DNA of 64,000 nt from Rhodosorus marinus CCMP1338 (taxonomy: Eukaryota; Plantae; Rhodophyta). Below the pieces are notes generated by a model that was given only the letters and a program-made list of their open reading frames with translations, was not told the DNA's origin and did no database searches. Positions within the stretch are counted from its first letter, which is position 1, and each line of letters begins with the position of its first letter. The position numbers and the translations under genes are program-made. Shown here piece by piece: positions 49,902-61,295 of the stretch. Where the stretch lies: contig JAMWBK010000002.1 of NCBI GenBank assembly GCA_029953675.1, positions 1,364,001-1,428,000 of the forward strand. The letters are read 5' to 3'.

Positions 49902-51872
49902 TTAGTCGATCCCATTGTCCACAGAGAACTGAGTGGGCGTCAGACCAGAGCAGACGATACCGGAGAAGTCTGCCGTGGAGGATCCGACCTCGCTGATGAT
50001 GAACATCTGGTTTCCGGGGCAGTAGTTCACAACCTGGGGCTGATCTATCTTCTGGGGGGAGTAGGCAGAGTAAGCGAAGATTCCAGCAGCGATGAATCCA
50101 GTGAAGATCAGAGTGAATACCCAGCCTGCGAAGATTGCAATGAACTGCCTCCAGTTGACTGTGTTACCCTTCAGTTCTACCACTCCGACACCCACAGTCG
50201 CTCCTACCTGGCAATGGGTAGTTGATACGGGAAGTCCAAGCTGAGATGCAATAAGCACGGTGATCGAAGCACCCAACTCAATGCAAGTTCCACGGGACGG
50301 TGTGAGTTTGGTGAGCTTCGTTCCGATGGCGACAATGATTCTGTAACCCCAAGTCGCAAGTCCAACAACAATGCCTGCTCCTCCCATTACAAGAATCCAA
50401 ATCGGTACAGGCTGCTTCGAGCTCGAATAAGACGCGACAGAGCCCGGGGAACAGGCGGAATAGCACTGAGCAGAGACATCATTTCCGTCACTGTCCTCAA
50501 CAGTACCGCTGATAGGTCCGATGGAGCCAGATGGGACAGCGTCCTTGTAGCCGAAGAACGGGTCGTCCGCGCACAAGTAGTAGGTAAACTCCTGCTGTTC
50601 AGAAGTCGCACCCGAGCCGGAGAAGTCCAAGTTGCTACAGACGGCCTTATCCGAGTTCGGTACGGTCATGATACCCTTGTTAATGTACAGAGAGTAGATT
50701 GATGCGAACGGCCCAACGGAGTTGGCGACGTCGTTGGCTCCGTGGGAGAACGCATCGAAGGCAGCCGTAAAAACCTGAACCCACGTGAAAAGCTGCTCCG
50801 TCTTCGGGTCGAATTTCTCAGAGTTGTCATGCATCGCCAACACCTCGTCCGAAAGCTCCTCCGACACCTCAACGTGAACTCCCACCTTCTTCAACGCGCT
50901 GCTCACCTTCTTCTGCTCCTTCTTGGGGTTCTTCAACTTCTCCAAGTAGTCCGCCTCCCACTTGTTGAGCATCCTGCGGAGGAGAGGATTGATGATGAAC
51001 CACGTGAAGATCGCAACACCAGCTCCAGCTCCAAAGGAAATACCACAGACCGCTCCGACGCTAAGGCTGTCCTCGACATCGAACCTAGCGGCACCCTTAT
51101 ACAGGATGAAGAAGATCACAATCACCACCGCGAATCCGTAAAGGAAGGGGGTGAAAATGAAACCGTTACGGACTGAGTTCCTCCTCCTCAGCACGGCGTG
51201 CCTCACTATCAGGAACAGAATGACCGCGAAGATTCCGGACAGAATGGGTGAAATGAACCACGACACGATGACTCCAACGACTCCCGCCAATTTATCAATT
51301 CCTTCCCCATCGGAGATCCACACGACGGCACCTCCACCTCCGTATGTGAGCCCGACACCGATCAGCGATCCAATGATAGAGTGAGTGGTAGACACCGGCA
51401 GACCAAAAGCAGTGGCGACGAAGAGCCAGGTTGAAGAGGCGACCAGAGATGCAAGGAATCCGGTCATGAGTACCTCAGGTCCATTGAGCGCTCCTCCTTT
51501 GTTAGGATCGAAAAGGTCCTGATCGATGATCTTCTTTCTTACGGTGTCCGTCACTTGCTTTCCAAGCAGCACAGCTCCAGCGAACTCCATAACACCACCA
51601 ATGATGCAAGCCCACAGCAGGTTAATCGACCCAGCACCGACCGAGGTGGCGAAGGCGTTCGCTACGTCATTGGCTCCGATACCCCAGGCCATGAAGAAAC
51701 AAACCAGACCACCGACGATAACGAGCCACAGGTACTTATCAGTAGACGGGATCATAAGCGCAGACTCAGTAAGCGAGAAAACAGAGTCGAATGTAGGGAA
51801 GGATGCCACGGTCGGCCAGTCGATGGCCCCGGGATCCGACGTCACAAACGTATCCAGTCCTGTTCCTGACAT
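49902..51872 (-). CDS. PiT/PHO4-family (Na+ or H+)/phosphate symporter, intronless
   Basis: ATG 51872. Two signature repeats: GANDVANAFATSVG...GLPVSTTHS and HGANDVANSVGP...GLPVSTTHCQVG. Multiple TM helices and strong C/G third-position bias. Confidence 0.95.
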   Translation of the reverse strand: MSGTGLDTFVTSDPGAIDWPTVASFPTFDSVFSLTESALMIPSTDKYLWLVIVGGLVCFFMAWGIGANDVANAFATSVGAGSINLLWACIIGGVMEFAGAVLLGKQVTDTVRKKIIDQDLFDPNKGGALNGPEVLMTGFLASLVASSTWLFVATAFGLPVSTTHSIIGSLIGVGLTYGGGGAVVWISDGEGIDKLAGVVGVIVSWFISPILSGIFAVILFLIVRHAVLRRRNSVRNGFIFTPFLYGFAVVIVIFFILYKGAARFDVEDSLSVGAVCGISFGAGAGVAIFTWFIINPLLRRMLNKWEADYLEKLKNPKKEQKKVSSALKKVGVHVEVSEELSDEVLAMHDNSEKFDPKTEQLFTWVQVFTAAFDAFSHGANDVANSVGPFASIYSLYINKGIMTVPNSDKAVCSNLDFSGSGATSEQQEFTYYLCADDPFFGYKDAVPSGSIGPISGTVEDSDGNDVSAQCYSACSPGSVASYSSSKQPVPIWILVMGGAGIVVGLATWGYRIIVAIGTKLTKLTPSRGTCIELGASITVLIASQLGLPVSTTHCQVGATVGVGVVELKGNTVNWRQFIAIFAGWVFTLIFTGFIAAGIFAYSAYSPQKIDQPQVVNYCPGNQMFIISEVGSSTADFSGIVCSGLTPTQFSVDNGID

Positions 51873-53874
51873 GTTGAGTAACCAGTCCAACAAGAGTACA
51901 ATCCTTACTGCTCTACCCAAACCACTGCTTCCGAGAAGTGCGGAGTTCAATTGTTTCCTCTCCGAAGTATGTATAGCCTTCGACCTGATGCTCCTAAAAG
52001 CTGTGCTTCTCCTATACAAATTTCTCCAAACCCAATCCTCGGGGGCAACTGAAAACCATCCTATAATAATTCAAATTTCAATGAAACGACCAGCTGTATA
52101 ACTTTAACCTGCGAAATTCCTACTCTTCTCGATGTGCCTTTCCTGGATCTTCTTCCCGTAAAATGTACATGCAGCTTTTTGTATCAATCAAATTTCTGCG
52201 AACGCGTTCACTCCCCATGATCACGATCCGAAACCATGCCAGAAACAATCAAAAAATTCCCGTTCCTCATATTTCTCAAAGGGGGTGGTTCTATAGAAAG
52301 CACCTCCCAATCGAGTAGCTGAACACAACAAAACATTGTAAAAAGGCATAACAAATTGAATCCAGCCTCGACCAGTCCATTGCTAAACCTCCCCCCCCTC
52401 CTATATTGATCCACGGCCGAACAAAAATTTAGTACTAAGTTTATTAAATAATTGAAAGGGTATCGGAAGAGGTGTAAACATGTCATGTAAAAAACGAGAA
52501 AGGGAGGAGTACGAAAAAAAATTTCACGAAAACTATATGGCTACACATTAGTTCTACCGGTAAAAGCGAATAATTCCAGGCAACTTTACCCACCGATTCG
52601 CGAGACATTAAATTTCGAAATGTGGCGTTTTCGGGTTTTTTGAACACTTGGTGATTCTCCTGTTAACCCACCAATTAATCCGTCGAACAAGACACCGCAG
52701 GCCATGGGGGTTGTTTCAATCAAAATTTCGGTGTCCACTACTTTACTCTGCTGCTGTTTCACTGTAAAGTGGTTCTCCACTTTACAGAAAACAGCTTGTT
52801 CTCACTACAAAAAACGGGGATTCGGTATTATTCCTACTGAAAAAAGTGAGACTACTAAATGTACCGGGAGGCCCCGCAGCTTCAATTCTGGTTGTTATTA
52901 CCATGGCATCGTATAAGCTTGTATTATTGGTGACTCGATGTTACCAGTTTAATTCTCATTGGTCTAATCTGCAATTTTTATTGTTCAATATTATTTAATC
53001 GATCCATATTTCTTGTTCAATTTTGCAGATTGTTATCTACCGATTGCAGGCAACTCGATTCCTATTTATCCGGATCCGATTCATGAAAAATAGAAGAGTT
53101 TTAATAGGGAATCTTTTGCGTGGATTCCCCTCAAAGTTTTTCTCCTTTTTTTGTCATTTTTGTTGTTAAGGAATACATGCAACGATTGAATTGTAGTCGT
53201 ATATAGTTTTTCGTAGAAAAACATAGGAGATTCCTCCTTTATCTCCGTCTAGAAATATGGTTTTCCAGCGCCTTGGTTCAATTGCCTGAAGATGACAACA
53301 CCGGAAAGGCGGGTATCGGGGAAAGGATTCGGAAGTAGACAAAGTGTGGGGCCGGTTTTGAAAGAAATGCTTGCTCGAAGAGCCAACCTTAGGAAGGCTC
53401 CGGACAATTGTTAGGCTTTCGTCCTGGCAAGGGCTCGAGGGTAGGGAGAGAATAACCCCCCAAACCCCAACCCCCCCCCTGCCCCTTTAGGCTTTTGGTT
53501 TTGCTGGGGGGCGCATAAGATGTCTCATCACCCGCCGAAGAATCGATGGAATCGATTGGCCGACGGTTTGACGGAATCCGGTAGCATCATCTTTTAGTTC
53601 GACTGAATCGCGGAACCCACTCAAACGGATTCGATAGTGAGGATCAATTTCAACTCTTTCGTGCTTACACGTAAGCTCATTCCAGTCCACTTGCAGCACC
53701 GCGTTCCTGATCTCTGAATGAACGATGCATCTCTATTGTCCGCATTCAGTGAAATGAACGGGGTTGGCGGCGGCTTTTTAATAGTCCGTGCTTCCCGCAA
53801 GAAAGATACACCATCGGTAGCTGCCACCTTGGTGGCGATGGGTTTGTGCAGAACTTGATCGTACAACGCTGGCG

Positions 53875-54082
53875 ACCAGTGAGCGTCGAGTCGCACATCA
53901 GAATGGAGAATCGTGCCGGAAACGCCCCCCATGCGATGATCCGTAGGATACTAGACTGACGACCCTTTCACTACCCATCATTACAGTGATCGCCAAGTAT
54001 ACATTAAACGGTACCAGTGAGCGTCGAGTCCCACATCAGAATCGAGAATCGCGCTGGAAACGCCCGTAGGATGATCCGATAC
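53875..54082. repeat. Direct repeat of about 70 nt, period 138 nt
   Basis: accagtgagcgtcgagtc(g/c)cacatcagaat(g/c)gagaatcg(t/c)gc(c/t)ggaaacgccc at 53875 and 54013. Confidence 0.9.
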
Positions 54083-55159
54083 CCCCCGGGTTCCTAGCGT
54101 ATCCACCCACACGTCACCCCGTCAACCCCCCCCTACCAACGCACTACCCACCCTTTTCACGAAGCCAAAGTTGGGAAACACCTATGCAGCAGAATAACGG
54201 CACTTTACAGTTGCAGGGAGTTAGTTGAAATTCCGAGAATCTTGCAAAAATTGACGCTTGCAGGACCCGGAAAGAACACGTTTAGCCGTGAGGCAGTAGC
54301 CTAGTAGTTACAGGATTCTGCCGAGAGTCAAACGGTAGTTCGGATCAAGGCCTTAGTTTCCTGTTTCTAGCGAACTAGTGAAGCTCACTAGAAACCTTGA
54401 AAATCGTTCGGAGATGGGGCGCGGGAGCAGCACCGATAACGGGTAAGTAATCCGATACAATTGCGGAAGATGAAGCCCGTTTAGTTTTAAAATTTGATAT
54501 TTCCGCCATTGCCCCGCCCCCCCATGTCCCCCGGGGAGATGTGCTATCGAGAACGGGATCCCAGAACCCCGAGCTAGGCCAACATACGCTGGACTGGAAT
54601 TTGCTTCGCTTTCATCGAAAAATGACAACTTGCTCGCATCGAATGACATGCTGCCCTTCCCATATACATATATAGTGACGACACCAGAAAGCTACGAAGC
54701 TGATCCCACCCGGAGTAAGATATGAAGACCACCTCGTGGCCCTAGTGGCTTAACCCCAGCTTTATTCTCGACAGGTGTGCGTAAAGCACTCAGGTAGATA
54801 AAAAAGGGTCATTTCGCACGGATCACAATGAGACATCGCTATGCCAACTACGTGGACTTCCATATAACATAACTCTTACAGAAGGGCTACTGCCCGTGCG
54901 AACCAAAATCTACTCCATGTGCCCAAGAGCTGTCCAACAAGAATCTGATCCCTTCGTCCCCGCGAATCACTAATTAAATGGAAAACCTACCAAACACCCA
55001 AAAGTGCGGCTACATAAACCTGCAGACCACGTCGCTTTGGCAGTTTACAGGAGAATAGTCTAGGGTAGATACAATTCCCTCCGATACGTTTCGGCAATCA
55101 TTGACTCTGGGGAATATTCCTGAACACGATTCTGCTTCAATACTGTCAGAATTTTACTG

Positions 55160-55560
55160 GTTTACAGTAGGATTATGCCAAGTGGGTCGGGTTTTTCGCA
55201 GCTTACGACCCAGAAGTGGTTGAACCCACGAAAACAGCGGGGTTTAGAGGGATTTACAGCGAAAACCCGACCCACTTGGTATAACCCTGTTTACAGGAAA
55301 GTCTTGTTAACCTGCGAAGAGTAGCGACGAAATTCGTCACAAGTTGAAGGTTCGTGGGCGAAAGGGGGAGAGGTTCGCTGTTTACGACCAAAAGTGGTTA
55401 AACCCGCGAAACAGTGGGGTTTAGAGGGGTTTACAGCGAAAAATCCGACCCCTTGGTACAATCCTATTAACAGGAAAGTCAGTGTTGACCACCTGAGAAC
55501 ACTACGGACGAAATTCGTCATAGGTTGACCGAGCGAAAGGGGGGGAGAGGATTTTGCTCA
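55160..55560. repeat. Two tandem degenerate units of about 179 nt plus an inverted partial copy forming a hairpin with arms of about 26 bp
   Basis: Units begin ttacgacc at 55203 and 55382. The inverted arm ttatgccaagtgggtcgggtttttcgc (55173-55199) pairs with gcgaaaacccgacccacttggtataa (55259-55284). Each unit contains the near-palindrome gacgaaattcgtc. Confidence 0.88.
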
Positions 55561-56734
55561 AGGCGATTCCGTTGTTCAGAAAATAATGTAAAATATCAGT
55601 AGACTCATCCAAAAATGTGCATTCTGCTGTAATAAACATCCCATCCGTCTAAGGGCCTGTTCACATTTTCCTAAGAAGGAGAAAAAGTAATAAGTGCGAA
55701 CCATTTCTTAACAAGAAAAGAACTCAGATGACAACCACCGTTCACACCCCCCCCTCGGTTCGATGAGAACATCGCCCCGCCTCCTCCGCTCCCCTCTCAC
55801 AACCATCTACGCGTCTTCGCCACATTGATATGTGCAAAAATGTACAGAGGAAGCAAGCCTCAGCAGCAACAACCACTGGCAAAACAAGAAACAATATATT
55901 CCACCAAAAACAGACATGAATAAAGAGTATTAGACCAATAAATCCTCGTATCGCAGCGAGAAAAAATATAAAACTTTCTACTTTCATCGTCAACCTAAGA
56001 TTGTTTCAAATATTTTCGCTGCCAATTTCCATTTACAGGAGAAAACGGCCGCGATAGAGGTGAAAAATACTATTCTTTCAAAGTCGAGAATATTTTCCAC
56101 CCCTAAGCAAGAAGAATAGGGCTCACCCGGAGGGGAAAATTGGGGGTTAAATATTTCATAAAGATGAATGTTGGTCACTTTCAAACCAAATCCCCCAAAA
56201 CTTGGTGTTCTTGTCTACCCCCTTTCGATGGCATCAATACCGAAAAGTGCGGAGGCAGTAAGAAGCTTGTGGTAATGTAATTGGATAAAAAATATTGTTT
56301 TCTAGAAGTAATTTTCAGTTATTCGGAATTATGCGATGATAATCTGATGCGCAACCTGCCTCTTCGGTCGTATTAAATTTTTGTTATTCGATCACATTCG
56401 GTTGAAGGTAGCAATCCTGAACCTGTAAGAACATTCATCGATTATTCTCGGGCGAAGAATGAATATGCGGAGCGGTGTGAGAACTTCACGATTTAGGAGA
56501 TTATGCTCCCACAAGTATGTGGTCGATTCATGATTTCTGGTGCCGATAGTCATTGTGGGCTCAGAATCGATGGACTTGAGCTCTATGCGGGAATGACGGA
56601 AAAGGGTTAATAAACGGGAGCGAAACGGAGGCAGAGCTGCTGGATCGTTTACAGACGGTTGGCAGAGGTGACAGAGCAGAGGAAGCGGAAGTTGAAACTC
56701 TATACGTCCACGAGAAAGCTTTCTGCTTTGAAAA

Positions 56735-57100
56735 ATGGGTTTGGCACAGTCGACTAACGCGAAGGGGCAGGAGAGGAGTCTTATGGCGAAGATTTTGGAC
56801 CCGGCGGCGGTACTACTAGACGCGGACGTCCTGGAGCCTCTATGCGTGACGGGTATTGATGAAGAGTCTGATAATAGTGAGCTCGTGTTGACCGCATCAA
56901 AGGAGGAGATGGAAGAGTGTTACTCGTCTACCATCGACGCGTATGGGTCGGCGAGTGTGGGAGCTTCCCGTGAACTGTCTAAAGAGCTTGTTAATAAGCT
57001 GAAGCTCGACCTGACGGCAGCCCTGGATCCCTCGTCGGACAGCGGCAGTAGTGCGGGCTCACCCGGCTTCGCTTACGCGGGGAAGCCATCCCCAGTATGA
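56735..57100 (+). CDS. Hypothetical acidic protein (121 aa) with N-myristoylation-like MGxxxS start
   Basis: ATG-started single-exon ORF MGLAQSTNAK..., with natural amino-acid composition. It follows an AT valley and G-rich leader like other + genes here. Confidence 0.55.
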   Translation: MGLAQSTNAKGQERSLMAKILDPAAVLLDADVLEPLCVTGIDEESDNSELVLTASKEEMEECYSSTIDAYGSASVGASRELSKELVNKLKLDLTAALDPSSDSGSSAGSPGFAYAGKPSPV

Positions 57101-58049
57101 TCGTTTTGCAAGAGACGTTCACTGAGAACCTATTGCTAACCTTAGACACTAATATTAAATAAGTAAATTTCAAAGCCTAGATGATCGTTTCCTAGTACGT
57201 CCTTGGGCATTTCGCAATTCACTCACTACTCTTCAGAGAGAACCGCCAACGCACAATCGTTGTCCACATCCAGGTCCATCTCTGCTATGTGAGGATTTGG
57301 ACCAGTTTACGCGCCCTACTTCCAGTGCAGCAGCTTTCGTTTGCTAGACATCATAAACCCTACCTACAAGCAATTGAGCAAAAAAATACCCACCGTAAAT
57401 CCGCCCTCCCAGGAATTTATTCTGCTGGTCAATAGTAAAAATCAATATGCACTTGCAATTACACTACATGGTCCCGAAGTCAGTCTGCTACATGGCTGAC
57501 CGACCCTATCCTCAATCGCTCTATACCAAATAAAGCCTCTCAGAGAAGAGAAAAGCGGACTTCTGGCAAATCGAACGGAATGCGGCTATTTTCATTGAAT
57601 CAAATCTACTCCAAATCAAGAATATTTGTGTTTTTAGTAGTTGGAACCTTTCCTCTGCACATGTTTTGCTCCCACGCTTGGAATCCTACAAAATTATTTG
57701 AATTTTATGTTGAACAGTGCCAATAAATTGTCCGGAAATAGACCCTCAGAGAGGGCGTGGAATCTTCTCGCGTTTCACATGGGAGAATAATTAGAAATTA
57801 AGAATCGAAACCGAAATGAAATAGTACGATTCAAGGCTGAATAGATAGAATTCCTAGCATGCTCTCCTCGCTAGGGCTTGAGGCCAAGACCCGCCTAGGC
57901 AAGTCGGCTGAGATCGTGTCACCAGTGTAACAACTTCGTCAAAGCTCACTCCCTCTCTAAGAAATTCCATCGCTAGTGAAGCGTCCTCTGGGTGTTGACC
58001 TTGATTGAGGAAATTCTCCAGATTACCTTTGGCTCGATCCATCTTCTAT

Positions 58050-59180
58050 TTCAACTTACCGTGCGGGCAAACCGCACACCTCGCTTCGGCTTCGTGCACC
58101 ATTTCGTAAGTATTTCTTCCACGCCCAGACGTCCCTAACCAGTTTTAAGCCGTTAGCTGGGTATCTACATTTTGAGCGTTCCATTTTTTCATAGACCTCC
58201 GAAGAGCTTTCTACTCATCCGTCCAAATCATGTTGATTTCCTATTGCGAAACACAAGCAGATCTGGGTATAACTTTCGCACGTAGCGGAAGGGCTTTTGA
58301 TAGCGAGCAACTGATCTTACCATGGCCTCCATTGTTTCATCACTGTCCTCTTCTGTACCCAAACTGGTGTAAAAAGGGCATGGTCATGAAGGCTGGACCG
58401 CCACGACTGCACTTGAGGAAGTAACATCGCCCCTGAAGGAAGCTGTGGCAATCCACCCTCATAATGCCTCTCGAGCAAACTTAGACTTGGGCTTGCAAGT
58501 GATCTCCTGTGCAAAGGCTCAATTGAGGGGATGATGTTCTGCTAAGTAGTTCACTGATCTCAAGGGCCCCCTCAATACATGTGCCTGAGTCTTGGAAACT
58601 AGAATGCACAAGCTTGAGATCAGCTCTCATACATGTGAAGTTGTCAAATGAACTATGAGATTACTGAGAACTGTCAGTGTTTTCCCTGGACGCGTGATGA
58701 TAGAACGTTAATCGCTAATCTTTTGATACGCTAGTTAGTAATCTGTAAACACAACGATCCGTACTAAGCCAACCTGAGAATATTTTACGAGCAAAAAATA
58801 ATATGTAAAAAATATTTAGACTTGCAGTACCGACCACATTTCGTAGGGTAGATTTGGCCGGGGGTTTCCAGTTGCGAATCACCCCCACCTTCCCAGGATC
58901 GGGCCGCCGTTTGCCATTCTCAATAGTTTGTCCCAAGTAATGAACTCGGGCTACCTTACAGTACGCAGTTCCGAAGGCAACACGTGCCACTCATATGCAC
59001 GGGACGGCGGGATGAACGTGCCTGACTCTCTACGTCTTCCTCAACGACGAAGTCGTCATCTGCATCGACGATATTCTGACGTATCCACGCGACTCGGTGG
59101 ACCATCAACGCCATCTTCGCGAAGTGCTTCAGATACTCGAAGACAATGCGCTCATTGTGAACGAGATTCGAGAAAATTGG
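58050..59180. mobile_element. Decayed Ty3/Gypsy LTR-retrotransposon pol fragments in two orientations
   Basis: + strand about 59030-59175: FLNDEVVICIDDILTY...HQRHLREVLQILEDNAL (RT palm, YxDD degenerate). - strand from about 58960: VHYLGQTIENGKRRPDPGKVGVIRNWKPP (RT thumb), then SLSLLERHY and VQSWRSSLHDH (RNase H-like). No intact LTRs seen. Confidence 0.8.
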
Positions 59181-59289
59181 CTGATTTCATATTGTATGGT
59201 ATATTCCATCAGAACGATTATGATGAAGCAAATAGAGTTCGATAAGCATGAAGGCGGATCATTCGATTGAAGATAGGACTGGCAGCACA

Positions 59290-60342
59290 ATGGATGCGTT
59301 TGTTTGCGGTTTGGGAAAGAACGTTCATGCTCGTCGGATTGCTCTCGCAATGAACAGCGCGTCGAAGGGGATAAAACTGGCACTGATTGATATAAGCGGA
59401 ACCCTGCACGTGGGTTCACAGGCGATTCAGGGTGGACCTCCGGCATTGAAGAAATTGCGAGAAGCTGGAGTCACTGTGAAGTTTGTGACGAACACTTCAA
59501 AGGAGAGCTCGACGGATCTTCATTCTCAGCTCACGGGACTTGGTTACGATGTTGCGAGGGAAGATATACATAGCTCACTCGGAGCAGCGAGTCTTCTCGT
59601 GCGGAAGATGGACTTGCACCCGCTCTTGCTCTTATCGGAAAGTGCTAGAATGGACTTCGAAAAGGATTACGACTATTCCTGCGCTGATTCAGTTGTTGTT
59701 GGACTTGGACCTGAGAGGCTTACCTACGAATGGCTGAACAGAGCGTTCAGAATCTTGGACAAGGGTGGGCAGTTGATTGCAGCACACGATGGCCGTTACT
59801 TCAAGCAGGAGGATGGGCTTTCTCTTGGACCTGGTGCATTTGTCCATGGTTTGGAGTACTGCACAGGGAAGAAGGTAAGCTATGCTTTGGAAACGAGTGA
59901 TTCTGTCTGTACGAGCGGGGTTAAAGCCTTGTCAGATCCTGGTGCTTCCGCACCATCAAAAGATGAATTTTTTATTGGCGCGGAAGCACCTTTGACGAGA
60001 CTCTTTCCTATTGTCCTACCCGCGAGGTATTCAGTACTTCTCTTAACTCGCTTTTGACTTGCTCTGGATAACAAACTCAAGGCTCTCGTGGTTGGGAAAC
60101 CTTCGAGGGAGTTCTTTCTCACCGCTTTTAGCTCGGATCTGGCTGTAGCGGATGAAGTTGTCATGATTGGGGACGACGCGACATCTGATTGTTCCGGTGC
60201 CCTGAATGCGGGCATCGGCAATGCAGTACTCGTTCAGACAGGGAAGTATCGTTCTGGAGACGAAGAAAAGGCGAAGCCTCCCCCAACGGCGACTGTTCCC
60301 GACTTTGCCGCGGCTGTAGAGTGGATTATCAATAATTCATGA
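59290..60342 (+). CDS. HAD-superfamily IIA hydrolase HDHD2/LHPP-like, 2 exons, with short N-terminal extension
   Basis: LIDISGTLH (motif I), KFVTNTSKES, DSVVVGLGP, RYFKQEDGLSLGPGAFV, VGKPSREFF, MIGDDATSDCSGA, LVQTGKYR. Confidence 0.9.
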
Positions 60343-60679
60343 GGGTGGACGCTTTCCATCATATTCATGCACAGTTCCGAAACGTTGATTGCCGATTTTG
60401 GACCAGACGTGAAGGATCCTCCAGAGCTCCGTTGCTATTCATCCGCATCCGAGATGAGTCTGCGCCTACTCGAGCCCGTTGGCGAATATCAAGGATAGCT
60501 AGCCACTGCTCAGTGGAACATGCTTTCAATATCAGCTATTGACTTACATACAGCTTTCCGGGTTCATCAAAGCAGTTCGCCCCGGACGCCATGGCTCCGA
60601 ACTGGATAACCCTACCTCTATCTCCCGCGGAATGATTAAACCATTCGTTCGTCATTCGTATCTCCCGCGTAGGAGTCGT

Positions 60680-60910
60680 CCTATTTTATATCCAATCATA
60701 TCGCTTAGCATTCTAGAAGAAGTTACTAACCCTCTTAATTGGATAATAAGTTATACTTTGATCCCTCTACTATAAGCCAATCATAGAATCTATACTCTCC
60801 TATACTCCAATCCATAGGAATTCTAATCCCCCTGACGATATTGAAATGCAAGCACAAAATTTTAGACAAAATATCTACCCCTATGAAAGAGTTTATATAT
60901 GGCAAATAAG
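60680..60910. promoter_or_regulatory. AT-rich valley with clustered CCAAT/ATTGG boxes upstream of WRAP73
   Basis: tatccaatca 60689, aattggataa 60737, gccaatca about 60776 and tccaatcc about 60806. Confidence 0.5.
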
Positions 60911-61295
60911 TTTTTCTATATGATAAAATGTCCAAGGCAGGGGGTAAGGTATTTGCATGCGAGCAGCCATCCAACCGGTTGACCTATGAACACAGGGGGT
61001 TATGCCGAATGAGGGAAATATAGTCCATTTTTCTTTGGATTTTTATTTGCACCACGTGGATGTAACGGATAAATTGCTTATCAGCTGAGACGGGGGTTTG
61101 GTATATAGGGGCTGGTGCGGATCCTAACCGTTGAGACAGGAGTGAACGCGGTGCAGAGTTCAGATGACGATGGAGTGATAGTGGATGATGAGGAGCGGCA
61201 TTGCGTTCTTCGGCATGAGTGGAGCAGAGGTTGATGTATGTGTAGGAGGAGAGTGATTTTTCAGAGCACAGCTATTGATAGTGGTTCCAATTGCC

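Noticed and set aside
49902-51872. Horizontal transfer of the intronless PiT gene
   Set aside because: Lack of introns and codon bias are equally explained by high expression; other native genes here (EMC4, MYB) are also intronless.
50742-52101. Several + strand ORFs of 100-190 aa
   Set aside because: They are antisense shadows produced by the codon bias of the PiT gene.
55160-55560. CRISPR array or interstitial telomere interpretation
   Set aside because: There are only two long degenerate units with no repeat-spacer pattern, no cas genes and a eukaryotic context. The TTTAGGG-like words are isolated, not arrayed.
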